64,000 bases of DNA, from NCBI GenBank assembly GCA_030141605.1, contig JAQGDQ010000104.1:1-64000 (forward strand), given 5' to 3'. The translations under genes and the position numbers were made by a program. Under the pieces are notes generated by a model. That model worked only from the letters and a program-made list of their open reading frames with translations. It was not told the origin of the DNA and did not search any database. This DNA is from Tubiluchus corallicola (Eukaryota; Animalia; Priapulida). Shown one piece after another: positions 36,721 through 51,352 of this stretch; position 1 is the first letter of the stretch; every line of letters begins with the position of its first letter.

Positions 36721-37209
36721 AGCCTCTGCCAATGTCAAGTCCTAAATTGTAGAAGCTACTACCAGCTACATTAACCTAAATTGTTAATGTGTAAAAATGA
36801 ATTGAATTTTACTTCATTGAATGCTGATCTTGAAAAATTGATCTTTTTAAACCATAAAGGCTAGACAATTATCTAAACTAAATACCTACTAATTAGGCAG
36901 GTACTTGAACAGAGTCATAAAGGTATAGGCTAAGATTTTCACAGCATAAGCCCGCTAACTGAAACTACTGTTTTATGCATGTTGATTAAAATTTTGCATT
37001 AATTTTACGACGTTTATGAATCATCTGACCGAAAAAATAAGTTTGATGTCATGTGAGGATTATGCAAAAAAAAACTTGGTAAACGAAGGCATAGAAAAAA
37101 CAGTGGAAACATCTGTTTTAATCATGACGTATATTTTAGCGAATTTTATCGAATTATTCCTTTTTACATGGAAAAGTAAATATGAGACTCAGTTTTAAGA
37201 AGTCATGTA

Positions 37210-37485
37210 AACAAGAAAATATTCATTTTAATTGTAATTATATAGAATAAAGAAGAAAGTATTCATTTGAATTGTAATTATATAGAATAAAGAAGAAAGT
37301 ATTAATTTTAATTGGAGATACATAGAATAATGAAGAAAGTATTCATTTTAATTGTAATTATATAGAATAAAGAAGAAAGTATTCATTTTAGTTAGAGTTA
37401 CATAGAATAAAAAAGAAAATATTTACTTTAATTGTAGTTATGTAGAATAAAGAAGAAAATTCATTTTAATTGTGGTTATGTAGAT
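37210..37485. repeat. ~39-40-bp AT-rich minisatellite (about 7 copies)
   Basis: AAAGAAGAAAGTATTCATTTTAATTGTAATTATATAGAAT units. Confidence 0.9.
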
Positions 37486-40199
37486 ATTTCCTCTTCGATT
37501 CGTCTGAGTTTCAAGACTATAACTTGCGAGCTAAACGCAATGTTTTGAATGTTTGACGAGTAGAACGTTTCTCAAGAGGCACGAGTTTTGACCGAACTGA
37601 TACTCTCCTGCGTGTATCCATCGATACTTTATTTGTTTACTCAAGATAGAATCTCTGCATTCCTTGTTTGTTTCTGCACGCGTAAAATGCGATGTAATTG
37701 CACGCAGGAATAGACGAAAACACTGAGGCATTCTGAGCATTCCAGGAAAATCTAAAAGCACATCGAAGAAATTCAATGACCAAGCAAAGCACCAACCGCT
37801 TGACTGATCAACTTGTGATTAACAAGTTTTACTTAAATTGCTTCAAATACGGAGACTGATCTACGAAAACTGAATAAGCACCCGAGTGCTTGTGTTATGT
37901 ATGGGCTTTATGCATCATTACGGATGACATATTAAATCAGTGCTGGTCTGTATGCACGCAAGCTAATTAGCCCATTTTATAATTGATTACTTGTACTCTT
38001 AATTAAGAAAACTAATAAAACTAATAACAGCTGTAATGGTTTTCAGTTATGACCGAAAAACTTTTGCATTTTAAAAACTAAATGCCATGATGTCAACTAA
38101 TCGCCAATTAAAAAACATGTTCGACGGGCTCAGAGAGCCCTTTGATGCAGAGCAGCTAAAGTAAAAATTGACGTGTGCTGGGACAAAATACCCCTTAAAG
38201 AAGGAAGAAACGATATCAACTATTGAATGATATGCCTTGTGCTAGTTTGCAGTGAAAATGCTGGATGCATAGAGCACTTACTGTAAATGTTAATAATACT
38301 GATTTTTTAACGACATTTATAATTTTCTTGACTTGCTGATTAAAAGTTGCTGTGTCTTTGAAAAATTTAATGGAATGACTAGAACATTTTGGCGTTTACA
38401 CATAAGTGGACGTAACATCAGTGTGGTTAATTTCCAAAATACTGCGTCATTTTCTTTTTATAATATCGTAATCAAAACTTCGGCGCATTTTTTCTGCGCC
38501 ACCCGATATGTGTTCACGGTTATGCTAAGTTTTATTTCGCATGTTGTTATGTTCTTTCCTATGGGTCAGGTAACTGTTCTACGTCGCTTGATTTTATTGG
38601 AGATAAAGTTATTATATGCATTTTAATTTTAATTATTCATAATTATAATTAGTCTTCAAGTTATAGTTATAGCCTAAGACATAGAATACAGAACGAAAAA
38701 AAATAAAAAAGGAAAAATTGGCTGGTTTTTAACATAGTATTCTTTTAAAGCATTGTCTTTCTCCTTAAATGATAACCTAATGATATTTATAAGCTTTAAT
38801 TTTACAAAGCTTAACAAGAAGGTTCTTTCTGTTTAATACGGGAATGTTAATAACAGTTTTATTTTTTCGATGAATTTTATCTGTGAGAAACTTTCAATTT
38901 GGTTCTAAAATTATAACAGAAATCTGTTTACACATTCCAAGGCAGTAAAGGAGGTTAGTTTCGCAGTGTTAATTTATTATATACCAACCCATTTGTACTA
39001 AATGTTGTAGAAATCTGACACTTTACAATTAGCTCAGTCTAATGTGTTATTGCGTTGTGTATTCATAATGTCATGTTGAATGTTCATTGCCCTTCATTTG
39101 GGAGAGTCATCCATGGGAATGGTTTCTGTCAATGACACTTGTTATAGTCAGATATAACAGCCACTGTTTACATAAAATGAAGCCGTTAGGACGTCGACAA
39201 TATATTGTCTCTTAAAGAGAAAACAATGGCGCCTGCGCCATTTATCCCTTTATTCCAATTATTTAAAAATGTGTCAGTTTCCTTATTATAAACCCAAATT
39301 TAATTTCATCAGAAACAAATCTAAATCATTGTTACTAGAATTTATGGTCGGGGGACGAACACATTTTTCTAAAGAGTGGCCAAACAGAAATAAACAAAAC
39401 AACAAATGTTTTAAAAATTTTCTTAGTTGCTGTCATTATTTTGAAAACTATCTCATCTTCAGCATTGAAAAGCGAGTAAAATTTATTATGACAATTTTTC
39501 AAGATTTAAAAAAATTTCAAAAATAGTATGAAAAATTTTCATTTTTTTACTAATCTAAGTCATGTTAGTTCAAATCAATTAAGTTAACAAATATAAATAC
39601 TTTGGAGGACGAAAGCAGAGCTAGAATGGGTCACCTAACGAAATCGACCATTACACATGCGTCTCTATAGACTTAGCGACATGAATTCACGTTGCCTGCA
39701 TTATAATAATGCCAACAGATAGGCTATATACTATATATCTTGATTCTAATGGGCTGTTTTGGATATAATCTTTATGTAAACAGTCGCATAAATTGTGTAA
39801 AACTTTTTAATAAAATACGATTATTTTGTATATAATTTGGGTCACAAAGCCTCGCATCACATCGTCAAAAATAAAAGTTTTAGTATTTAAAATATTAAAA
39901 TCTATTTTGATTAAAGCAACGTTATTAAAAATGTATTATCAAGAGTTTAGTATTGCTAAAATGGCTCCAAACAAGATGCCAGATTATAGGTTGTTTATGC
40001 TGGAATTGTTATTAAATGCTAAAAGACACACCTCAAAACTGCGATTGAAGTGATGCCTATGACACATAGGCCCATTTCAAGTCAGGGAAGTGGTAAGTTA
40101 GAAAAGAAAAAAAGAAGAAAATGAAAGAGCTGTACGGAGCAACAAGAACCGGCAGGAAATAGATTTGGCCCTTTTTGTGTACACTGAATAAAACGTAAT

Positions 40200-40655
40200 T
40201 TAAATTTGTATGCATGTGACGTCATCACTTGAACTTAGAATTGCTTTGCCTTACTGAGTTGCTCGTGCAAACTAGTCTGTGCGTTATTCGAGCTCAGCTG
40301 ACATATAGGATAAACGTTTTAGAAGAAATAGCGAATTTTTATTTACACAACCGCTAATGTGCCCAGTTTCGTATGACTCGCTGTCGGAACAGCGGGGAGG
40401 GGAAGTATCATCCCGTCTGTCGTGACGTCACTCTTTTCCCGTCTGCTGATTGGTTGGGGGCACGGGGTGGGTTTCACCTGCCAAAGAGCAATAAATCACG
40501 ATGATTACAAGTATTGCAAGTGGGACCCTATTGATCTGAAGTATCTCTTCACTTTAAGCTAAGGTTAAATGAGTGTTTGAGTCTTTATGTAACAGCTTCG
40601 TTTCTTCATATAGCTCATTGAAAGTTTTATCTTATAACCATAAATTCAATTCACA
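40200..40655 (+). promoter_or_regulatory. NK4 proximal promoter region
   Basis: Two perfect CRE palindromes TGACGTCA (40217-40224, 40423-40430), reverse CCAAT (40449-40453), G-rich boxes, NK-type sites CACTTGA (40226-40232) and CAAGTG (40517-40522). Confidence 0.45.
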
Positions 40656-40995
40656 ATGTTAACAAACGGTTCGTCGTCGTTTACCGTTAAAGACATTTTA
40701 AACATAAATGATGCACTTAGTCTTGATTCGGACAGTTACAATGCAGGAGAACGTTCTGAAATTTCCGACTATGTCTCTGCGTATGCTCACTCTAGTATGA
40801 ATGCTAGACGGGAAAACAACGAGTACGAACGCTTCTACCCAGCTAGTGATTTGGAAAGGATGGTTCACCTTCACCCACCAGCCGGCTCAGGACTACAGTC
40901 CATATCTACGTTAGTTCAAATACCAAATACGAACTGCTTGCTGGCTGGTAGCTCTCAAGAAAAATCATACAGCAGAGACGACTTCAATGTTAGAG
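40656..40995 (+). CDS. NK4: NK4 (tinman/Nkx2.5-class) homeobox gene exon 1
   Basis: MLTNGSSSFTVKDILN contains the TN/eh1 motif; donor AGAG|gtaaaa at 40995 (phase 1) joins exon 2 in frame. Confidence 0.88.
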
Positions 40996-41655
40996 GTAAA
41001 AGGATGTTTATGTCACATTTTAGCTATCTTATATATATATATATTAATTTTTTATTTGTCATAAAAATGGTTCACTCATTATAATAAAATTGAGTAAGCC
41101 TCAGCGTAATGTTAAAATAACCACACTGTTCAAGACAAATGCGTCCAGTGCATACTAAAAAAACTAAAATGCAAAACTATATACAATAAATGAACATATT
41201 TACAAACACCATATTAAAATATTTTTACAAAACAATTTTACGAAAGTACATTAAATTTTACATGACGTATTTTACACTATATACATTTGACATGACACAA
41301 TTAACAGAAACATGCTTTACATTACATAAATTTCACTCATTACATTTACACTATTTATACATTTGACATTACAAAACTAACATAACACGTATTACATTAC
41401 ATAATTTTTTTTTAAAAAATTTTCATTTTTAATCGTTATATGGAGTCAGGGGCGGGGGTAGATGAAAGTGGAGTCTGTGTAATTAGTATCAGATGCACAA
41501 TGTGGAAGTTGAAACCTGTTATATTGATATTCTTTTAATTTCTTTTTAAAGTGGTGGAGAGATTCTATTTGTTTTATTTCAAATCTTAACCAGTAATTTA
41601 TTACACGTAATGGTCATAAACATGTACGTGTCTACTGTTTTCCTTTTTCTAAATA

Positions 41656-42480
41656 TAGGTAAAAATAGCATAATTACAGCAGCAAAATACGTGCTCGCGA
41701 AAATTTCCTTTCGTTCTTCATAAATTTTAGTATGACCTACCTAACAAACAGTTGAAAACTAGAATAATAACAGCGTAATTACATTAATTTGTACTGACTG
41801 CTAAACAGTCAGTGAAACGTTTAATCCTACAATATTTAATGAGCAGTTTATACATCGTGCGATTAACTATTTCACTGATTATTACCGTTAACCCTTTCAT
41901 ACCCGTTGTATCCAGTGGGGTACGAGAATATTTTCTGCCTTTAAAATTAATAAAATTTTAAAACTGACAGCTATTTGATCTGTTAACAGTTATTTTGATT
42001 TAAGCTAATAACAATAGACTCAAAATAGTGATAAAATGGCAAACTAAAAAATCTACGTAGCGTAAAAAACTGTGCAAGGTACAGTACTTTAGAGACGACT
42101 TAGTACAGATCAACATAGGATGCATACTAAATGTCTTAAATACTTTAAAAAATTATCAGCAGTTGCAAAATAAAGCACATTTTTGCTTTTGTGTTTTTAA
42201 AAAGTCGGACTTTGGTTTTTTGCATATTACAAAGAATGTCGTGTATCCCACAGGATACATTGGGAACAGAAGTACCAAGCCAAAAATTTTTTTCTTATTA
42301 AAAAATAATTTGGGACTGAAAGGGTTAACTTTCCACTGAGCAGTTAGTACAGACTAATATAATATGCTGTAATTATACTACTTTCAACTTTTTGTAAGTT
42401 AGGCTATACTAACGTTTGTAAAGAACTCAAGGGGATTTTTCTGAGCACCTATCTTGCTACTGTATGCTGATTTACGTATC
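41656..42480. mobile_element. Old inverted-repeat element (~160-bp diverged arms) hosting piggyBac MITE copy 2
   Basis: The reverse complement of 41656-41820 aligns by eye with 42329-42480 (GCAGTYAGTACA...GCTGT..TTAT.CTA.TTTCAACT...GAGCAC.TAT.TTGCT.CTGTA). Confidence 0.65.
41892..42324 (-). mobile_element. Non-autonomous piggyBac-type MITE, copy 2 (in NK4 intron)
   Basis: TTAA flanks at 41888-41891 and 42325-42328; reverse orientation relative to copies 1 and 3. Confidence 0.9.
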
Positions 42481-45144
42481 TTTTAGTGCTGTACGACATT
42501 CGCATTAGAATTCGCTCACAACTTTTAAAAACCTACAAAAGCATTATTACTAGGGAAGCCTGGTCTAATAATGCACCATGTCGATAATTGTTACAATAAT
42601 TTAAATTGAAACTATGTAAGTCTTCAAGACTCAGTGAAATTGCTTCTTATGGCAACTAAACGGTCTAATACTGAAGAAACGTGCGGAAAATTTTTATGCA
42701 GAACGTGGCGACATCAGTTGACTGAATGACAAGGTGTTATAAGCTGATGCCTCTTTAACAAACAATTTAAATCAATTTAGGTAATTCAAACTTAAATCTG
42801 CCATTTTTTAGCCTGAGTACAAAAGAAATTTGTAAAATAATTTTGCGTCTGTTGCGTTGTGCAACAAATTAGGCAAAATATGCATTAAATACAATTAAAT
42901 AAATATTTGAAGCTTAAATTCATATTAGTTTGACGAATTTTTATACCCGGGTTTGATTCTGATATAAGCAAGACGTAGATTTTGTTTTGCCAATAGATAC
43001 ATCGTCCCGGGAGTATATATCGAGTTTTCTAGCACCCCGCTGAAGTACTAGTGAAACATATATTCTTTCCTAGTGCGTTGATAAACAAACAGGATTATAG
43101 TATCATTTACGTGAAATTACTACTATTGCACCTTTCTTTAAGTCCTTCAGACTTAGAAAAATATACAAGATCAGCCTAAAATAGACACTTTCAACAAAAA
43201 TGTGAGTTCAAATTAAATATTTTTGGTGCTATAAAGGTGTTTTGTAAATTGTATGCGAAAAATGACACAATTTTAATAAAAACAATAAAAAGCTGCCAAA
43301 TACCGAAAAATATTTCTATTTTTTTTTAAAGAACGTACCATAAATCTTTAAAACGGGAAACTGATATGTAGATTCAAATTTTTTCTGCGTGAGAGCTATT
43401 TTGTGATAATAAATTATTTATTTTTTTTCTTATTATTTCTTCTATATGCTGCACTCTCTCAAGTTTTGTCATATTTAAATGAAGGCAGTATTTGGCTTAC
43501 GACTGTTGAATGGCCAATTGTTTATCTCAGAAAGCGATCATACAGTCATTGATTTCCAGCATTTTGGAAGTTTGAGCTTTAAGGTTTTTGTTCAAAAAAT
43601 TGCAATCTTAATTATTTTCATAATTATCAAAATTATTAAGGGGTCATTAAGGTGATATTGTATGTCGTACCGGGGAAAAGTAATTTCATTTCTGGCTTGT
43701 TAAGTAACAAGATTCTGCGATTACCTTTAGACCCTTAATTAATAATTAGAATCTTGCTAAAAAATTCACAAAGTCACCAATTTTTATCAAATTTTCAATA
43801 CTAATTAGGCGCGTTAATTATTTAGCGTAACAAAATTTAAACGTAATTAAAATAACGCGTTTAATAGTAATTTCAAGTTGGTTCAAGATTCAATATTGTT
43901 TATTTCACATCAACACAAATACAAAATTAATACATTAAAAGAAACAAAAAGTTTTCAATAATTCAATGGTTGACGAACACTAAGATACATCGTAAGAAGA
44001 AAATTTTGAAAAAAAATTATTAGCTTCCCACTTTAATGATTTGTGATTAAAGAAGCCAAGCTTGTAGAAATGCCCGGACTTTTAAAAAAATTATCAGTTT
44101 TTTTCCTCAGCTCCTGTAAATGTATTCCACTTAGTGCAAATACAAGATATTAAAAAGATAACCAGGTACCATTATGCGCAATAATTAAGCTAACCACATA
44201 TATAAAAAAGTTCATTTTTATGGCAATTGATATTTTTGCCTATTCGAATAAAATATTTTTAAGAATTTTAAAATATTCTAACATTTTAAAGACCTTTTGC
44301 TCAAACAACATTTATTGCAAATGTTTTTGGCTGCTTGATTAGTTTTACTTCTTGTTTCTAACGGACTGCAATTATTTATTCAATAAATTATTTATTTACT
44401 CAATCTTCTTTTCATTTTTCATTTCTTTCCTTAGAAATATTATATTATAGTCTTTCATTTGTCCATTTGCTTGTTCTTTATCTATATTTCCTAATTCTGG
44501 TTTATTTCTTTGATTGGCAGTATCGTCATGCCAAGAGTAGAGTGTGCCCATAATAGACCAACCAGTTTTTGTTTTTCAATGAAACAAACTCTATAATATT
44601 ATAATGCGACGTTTAGGCTATCTGCAATTTAGCACTAAGTAAACATACATTGTGTTATGTTACATATTAAAGGAAAGGACAAGTCATTTAGCACGTTCGC
44701 TTATGTTACTGTTAACACTTAAACTTGGAAAAATATAACAAAAATGTCTGTATCGAAATTTTCAGGCGCGGCAGTGGCCACCATTCCCTTGAAACTTATA
44801 ACGTAACTGGTGGAGTTCGTGACTTTTCTTAAGACATCGTAGCTTTTCCGTGAACACACGCTGCTTAGACTAATTCAAACTTCTATAGTTCACCTAATGT
44901 TCGTGCAAAAACATCACAAAATTAGCTATCTAATTTTTCCTGCAAAAATTTTTACTTTTGACGGAAATTGACAACGCGCTGTTTTTCTGGTCAATTGACG
45001 TCATTGGTGGAAAAATAGGCATTCAAATTGGAATCGTCAAAGCGTGAAATCATCAGGATTTTAAAATAATTTTACTAATTACAGGAGGCGGTTATCACAC
45101 TTTTATTAGTAAATGTGTCAAACATTTTTCCGAACAGCATTTGT

Positions 45145-45445
<301 letters not shown>

Positions 45446-47106
45446 ATTTATTTATTTACAAACAAACATATACAAGTAAGTGTCCCTCTGTTTGGAGAAA
45501 TTTTTTTAAATGCCTAAATGTAAATAAAATTTGAACATAATAACACATTTCACAGATACAGTTACACAAATAGCAGACGGAGTGTTAACACAGTCGCACG
45601 CGCCAATAATTTAAAATGACTAGTATACAACATTAATACAGACAATAATTATAATTTGGATTACACAATTTTATGGGCCTATTTTGTTTGACGGAAATTT
45701 CAATAAATAGCTACAGAATTATGTGGAGAATTGATAGACATACACAAAATACAGATACGAGTCAATCAATAATTTGAATTAAACTTAGCTGGCTTACATC
45801 ATTAGCAAAGATATCAATTTCAATTTCATTACGATTTCAAAAGACGGATATTTTAGTCATATCTAGTTAGATGGAAATTACATTCCACGGACTTTAGATG
45901 ACATAATAATTACACATTTCACAAACGCAATGACAAATAGATTTATGCTTGCGTGTATGTGATAAAAATGACGCAAGCATCACTTTAATTTGACGGAGCT
46001 GACAAACATACAACATTACAGCATTATCGTGAGTCACAATTTCAATTACCAAGTCAGAGATGAGAGGAAATTGTAATTAAATTAACAAAAGCAGTGTCAG
46101 AGGCTAATACTTACACTAGAAAAAACACATAGCCTGCGTCTAATACTGGCAGTGCTGATGAAAGGTTTCTTAACCTTTGAACGAAGTTTATGTAAGAATT
46201 ATTTAAAATTCTCTTGCTTAAGTATCAAACACCGTGCTAATACTACTACTAATAATAGTACTAACTAATAATACTACTAATATTACTGGTAGCTGCCGAA
46301 CATTGAAATGAGTAAGTTAGTACTCACACAGAAACATACACATTTTAAGGAAAAAATTGTTCAGAAATAGGAAAAATGCTAAATGTTTACCACATTTGTA
46401 TCATTTTCATTCATAATGGGTTTCGCAAAATCGCATTACAATTATAAAACGGAAAATGGTAAAAGCAATCGTTGGATATAAAGCGTTAAAAAGTTTTGAA
46501 CAATCAGGAGACAAAAAAGTACGTTGACAGTAGTTAGAGTGTGCAACATGTTTATCAAAGGGCTTCAAAACAAATATAAATGCACTCACAAATGCTACAA
46601 GAATACTATTATTACACTATACCACTATACCAAATTCAATAGTTGTGATCATACTTGATAAAAACGGCTAAGTGTAGTATACGACTTAACAATCAACTAC
46701 ATTTTTTGTGATTTGATCAGCATACTGCAGCATTATATACGTGTATATATGTATATATACTCTCAATGTAACACTAGTAAAAGTAAAGATAAGACAGATA
46801 AGATAAGATAATCTCATATGCGTCACAAATAAATACAGCCATATCACGAATTATTTATTATTTGGTGAAATAAGCAGGGAATGGGTCCATAAGAGTCGCC
46901 AAGTCAGTTGCCCAATTCAGATGTGTTCAAGAAACTGATCCTTATGAGACAAATAAAAGCGGAGAAAAAAGGTACAATAAGCGCAGGGCTACGCTATGCA
47001 TTCGTCTAATTACGTTGAAATTTATTTACCAAATGTAGATTGATTAAAATTGCATTTTTCTAAATTATTTTTCGTTATTGTGATATTAATTATGCTTATT
47101 TTTCAG

Positions 47107-47747
47107 TAAATCAAGAATCTTTGTGTTACTGCAAAACACCATCATCCACCGTAGCTTATTTTCCTGATCCCTCGCGGTGTGCGAAAAAAGAGGAAGAAAC
47201 AAAACAATTATCTGGTGTAAAAGAAGTTTCGAAAGAAGCCAGTGCGTGCGTGTCGAACATGTTCGAAGAGACCCCCATGGACAAAAAGAGCAATTTTGAC
47301 CCGGAATGTTTACAGCGACAGCGCACGAGACGAAAGCCACGGGTTCTATTCTCACAACAGCAAGTTTACGAACTGGAGAGAAGATTTAAACAACAGCGAT
47401 ACCTATCTGCCCCAGAGAGGGAACAACTTGCCACAACCTTGAAACTCACGTCCACACAAGTGAAAATCTGGTTCCAGAATCGACGCTATAAATGCAAAAG
47501 GCAACGACAAGACAAGACGTTGGAGCTTACCATGAACATGCACCCGCCGCGACGCGTTGCCGTACCCGTACTGGTACGCGACGGTAAACCATGTATCGAC
47601 CGTACTCTGGCGTACTCTCCGTACTCGATGCCGCCGTACGCATATACGTCTGCGTACAATCACGCAGTCGCTCCAGTACAACACCAAACTTATCATCCTA
47701 ACACTGCCCACCAATTACAGATGCAGTCTGGAATAAGAGCGTGGTGA
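47107..47747 (+). CDS. NK4: NK4 (tinman/Nkx2.5-class) exon 2; joined CDS gives 326 aa
   Basis: Acceptor ttatttttcag; homeodomain [60 protein letters not shown] (Tyr54); NK2-specific domain [17 protein letters not shown]; Tyr-rich region; C-terminal GIRAW, characteristic of the Nkx2.3/2.5/2.6 (NK4) family. Confidence 0.96.
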
Positions 47748-48475
47748 TTGGAGTCTTACGCAATCAAATACAACCTCTTTCCCATCCCAACTACTTGGCA
47801 ATAATATAACTTATGTAATATTTGTATATACAATGTATAGAACCGGAAGAAGTGCTGCAGTTTCTGACTCTTGTAACGGTCGGCTGATGTGGACCATAAT
47901 AAAAAATAACGATAAATTTTGCAGCATATTATTTCCCCCATTTCCGTCTCTGCTGCATAGGGCGCAGTATTTTGTCGTAAACGGAGGACTAAAGGTCAAA
48001 TGTTTATGCTGTGCAGTCACTATTGATTCTCGAATGGAGCAAATGATAAAATATTGAGCAATATTGCACAGAGTAATTTACAAATTCTGTTTAGAGGGTT
48101 TTATTCTCAACAGACACGTATTTACGAATTTAACTGTAACAGGCCTAATGACAGTGAAGTTTCTACATGATAACAATTCCACTGGCAGATATTAAGGCTG
48201 TTTTTGTAAAACTTAATCATTCAGAATAGTTAAGTTATTTTATTGTTTGGTTTATTCATTTATGTTATGCAAACAATTCAGTAAGCCTGTATATACAGGT
48301 CTTCTTTGCAGTATTATATATAGTGTGAAATGTGAATAAAATTTAATACCTATACTACTACATATTAGCTATATACATGTACTTATTTCGAAGACACTTT
48401 ATCAATGGACTTACATTACTAGAAATCAGAGGATTGTAATTGTAATTGAAAACTACACAGTCGATCTTACTGTAA

Positions 48476-48507
48476 TAACAACGACGACGAGGACGACCAC
48501 AAAAAAA

Positions 48508-48541
<34 letters not shown>

Positions 48542-48617
48542 AATAATAGTAATAATTATTATTATTATTAATAATAATAATGAATAATAAATAACAACAG
48601 CAGCAGCAGCAACAACA
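48476..48617. repeat. Compound (ACG)/(AAC)/(AAT)/(CAG) microsatellite
   Basis: Direct reading. Confidence 0.9.
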
Positions 48618-51352
48618 AGAGAGCAAGCATAGAAATTATCGCAGAAGAGCTTCTCCACGCGGAGGAATAAAATGAGGCGAGACCGACCATATAGAATCTT
48701 AACTTTAGTATACTATGTAACAACTCTAGCAGTTATAGCTTTGAATCTTGGTGTGACTCTATGCTATGTTCTTGTGGTGCCTGATTTCGAAGCTGTTAAA
48801 CTCTTGAAGTTGTTGTTTTAAGTAAAGTAATTTTTTTGTGAAATAATGAGTTGCAGGTATGAGCTACATTTGTAAATGTAAAAACAACATAAATGTACAA
48901 ACCTATATGTACAAACCCATAATAAACTAAAAGCAACCAAGTAATAATGAACTATAGATTCTTGTAACGGCTAGGTCACACTTGCATAAAGACTATAGAA
49001 TATAATCCAACTTTCCTCGATTGTTCACTAAAATGTGCAGCTTATAGGAATAGAATATAATACAATAGAATATCTTAGAATAGAATAAATAGGGACTCAT
49101 ACTGTATGAGTTGACAGTGAAAAAGTGATAAAGAGTTTGACAAGGTGGAAGAGTAAATCTATTTCTTTGTTGAAGAAGTTGACAGTTTTCACAAACCTAA
49201 CTTCTGAACGTTTACAACGATTTGGTTAAAAATTAAATAGACCCATGCGTGACGTGGAGCTGTTTACTCTAATTTAAATACTAGTACAACTTCTACAAAC
49301 AAAAATAGCTTAATTGTTAATATATTATTGTCAACGTCAAAAACTCGTCTCAACTTTTAGAATCTAATTTTCGGCGAGCTAAGGACAGTTTGAAATTGAA
49401 AGGTCGTTCAGCAATATCAAAGACATTTTAGTAGCCAGCAGTACTGACGCAAATCGCTTCCGCACAACTGTTTTTTTAACTAATGCATTACAGTCACGTT
49501 AAATAGATCGGTTAAATAGGCAGACGCATATAGAATTGGAAAAATTCTACAAGCATCCAATGAAGAAATGTAAAGAATAATTCTAATTCGGTTATCCGGA
49601 TATTCAACAAACTATCTATGTTCTAGGTGGAAAATTCATTATTCCCAGGCAGTGCGGCAAATATTCGTGCGTTATTGAATTTTCGTGGTAGATCTGATAT
49701 CGCATGCCATATTATAGGTTTACACATTTTGGCTGCACAAAATGCTTTTTTGCGACGCCTTGTCGGTAAATAATATTTTCGTTTATTAAGCGAAACAAGG
49801 AAAAATACTATTTATTGATTATCAATTCCTTATTAATGTATAAGTTTAAATTATTAAAGGAAAATTAATATCAGGAACCGATACTGACCATGTAAACTAT
49901 AATAAAGCTATAAATGTTACAATAATTCTTATTATTCGTCTGCATTTTTAACAAGAAAAATTATGAAGCATTTTTGCATTTTTAGCAGTTGGATATTCAA
50001 CTTTAAAAATAAAACGTATTTCACTGAGTGTCGCTGAAATATTTTAGAATACCTTTGGAGCTTTCTTCGTTGTAATGCATTCAACTTTTTACCGAATACT
50101 TGCACAAACTCTAACGGTTCTCAAAAGCAAAGTGAGTTATGGCCAAATTTTCGACAGCTTTGGAAAAGTTTAACAAAAGATTAGGATAAACGGCTTTAGT
50201 CTAGAGAAATGTAAACACTTATGTCAGCCGACGGGCGACTGTGGTCACCAAAATGTCGAATAAGAAGTACTTGACTTGTTGATTTAGTTTAGATTTCGTT
50301 TCACGGTGTTTATCAAGCCAGTGTCTAACACACTTCAGTTTAAGTAACTGACTCCTAATAGACTAGCAACTAGCGATTTCTCTGAAAAATTAAAGCTACA
50401 GATTGCTTAATTACGACAACCTATCCATATTCAACCACGCGCGAAAAGTATTGCCTAATTTTCTTCATTTAAGCGTATATTTTATTTAGGAAAAGATTGT
50501 TTTCTTTTTGTCACTCGTTAAAAAGTTATGGCTACCGATATGTATTACCGTGAATAGTCATATGATGAGCTGAAAAGATTTGAACATGTGGTTTGATCAG
50601 CTTAATGTACAGGTGTTTAAACTCTTTTATCAGGTTTTTGCCAATAATCACAAGTCTATTAGGATATAGCAAAAATCAGATTGAAACAGTAAAAATAATT
50701 GCATAAAAACTGTCATAGTGATGGAATGAATTTAAATGCCCCGAATTAATTAATTTCCATTAAACTCAATTAAGATAAGGAAATTGAAATACCGTTCTAA
50801 CTGCCAATTACTTGTTTACAATCACATAAAGTCCCAACTATCAAATGTGATAAAACAGCTTTTCAGCAAGACGCAATAAGGGCACTCATGATACTCTATT
50901 CTTAATAAAATGTTTTGAAAAATTTGAATCTGAAATTGCCCATTCCAGGCGCTTACCACCGACGGACCCCAAAGTGACCCGAAAAGCCACTTGTCATCAA
51001 ATTTTTGAGCACACGCCTGGTTTTTTGTTTAGTGACACCAGAAGCAAAAGTTCGTAAATTAAGAAATAAAATCTCCTGGAAGTTAGCACATTTAAAAAAC
51101 TGTTAATTCAGAAAACAAAGAAGTTTCTATTTCGTGTCTCTGGAAATTCTGAAAAATGCAAGAAAAGCTATGATTTACGAGGATTATTTCACGCTGCCAT
51201 TCTACCGTCTAATTTACTCATTGCCCTTGGCGATTCTGAAATTTATTTGAACTCTTGTCACTAACCCACAACCTGCTATACTGCTGATCTATGATCCGTG
51301 TTGTTCTATCTTCTGAGTGTCTTCGCATGAGAAGGGGCGTTCAACTGGTGAG

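Noticed and set aside
46130-46185. Hammerhead ribozyme-like CTGATGA-AAGGTT-TCTT-AACCTT-TGAAC
   Set aside because: The conserved GAAA is not intact and stem I does not abut the GTC cleavage triplet; at best a dead remnant.
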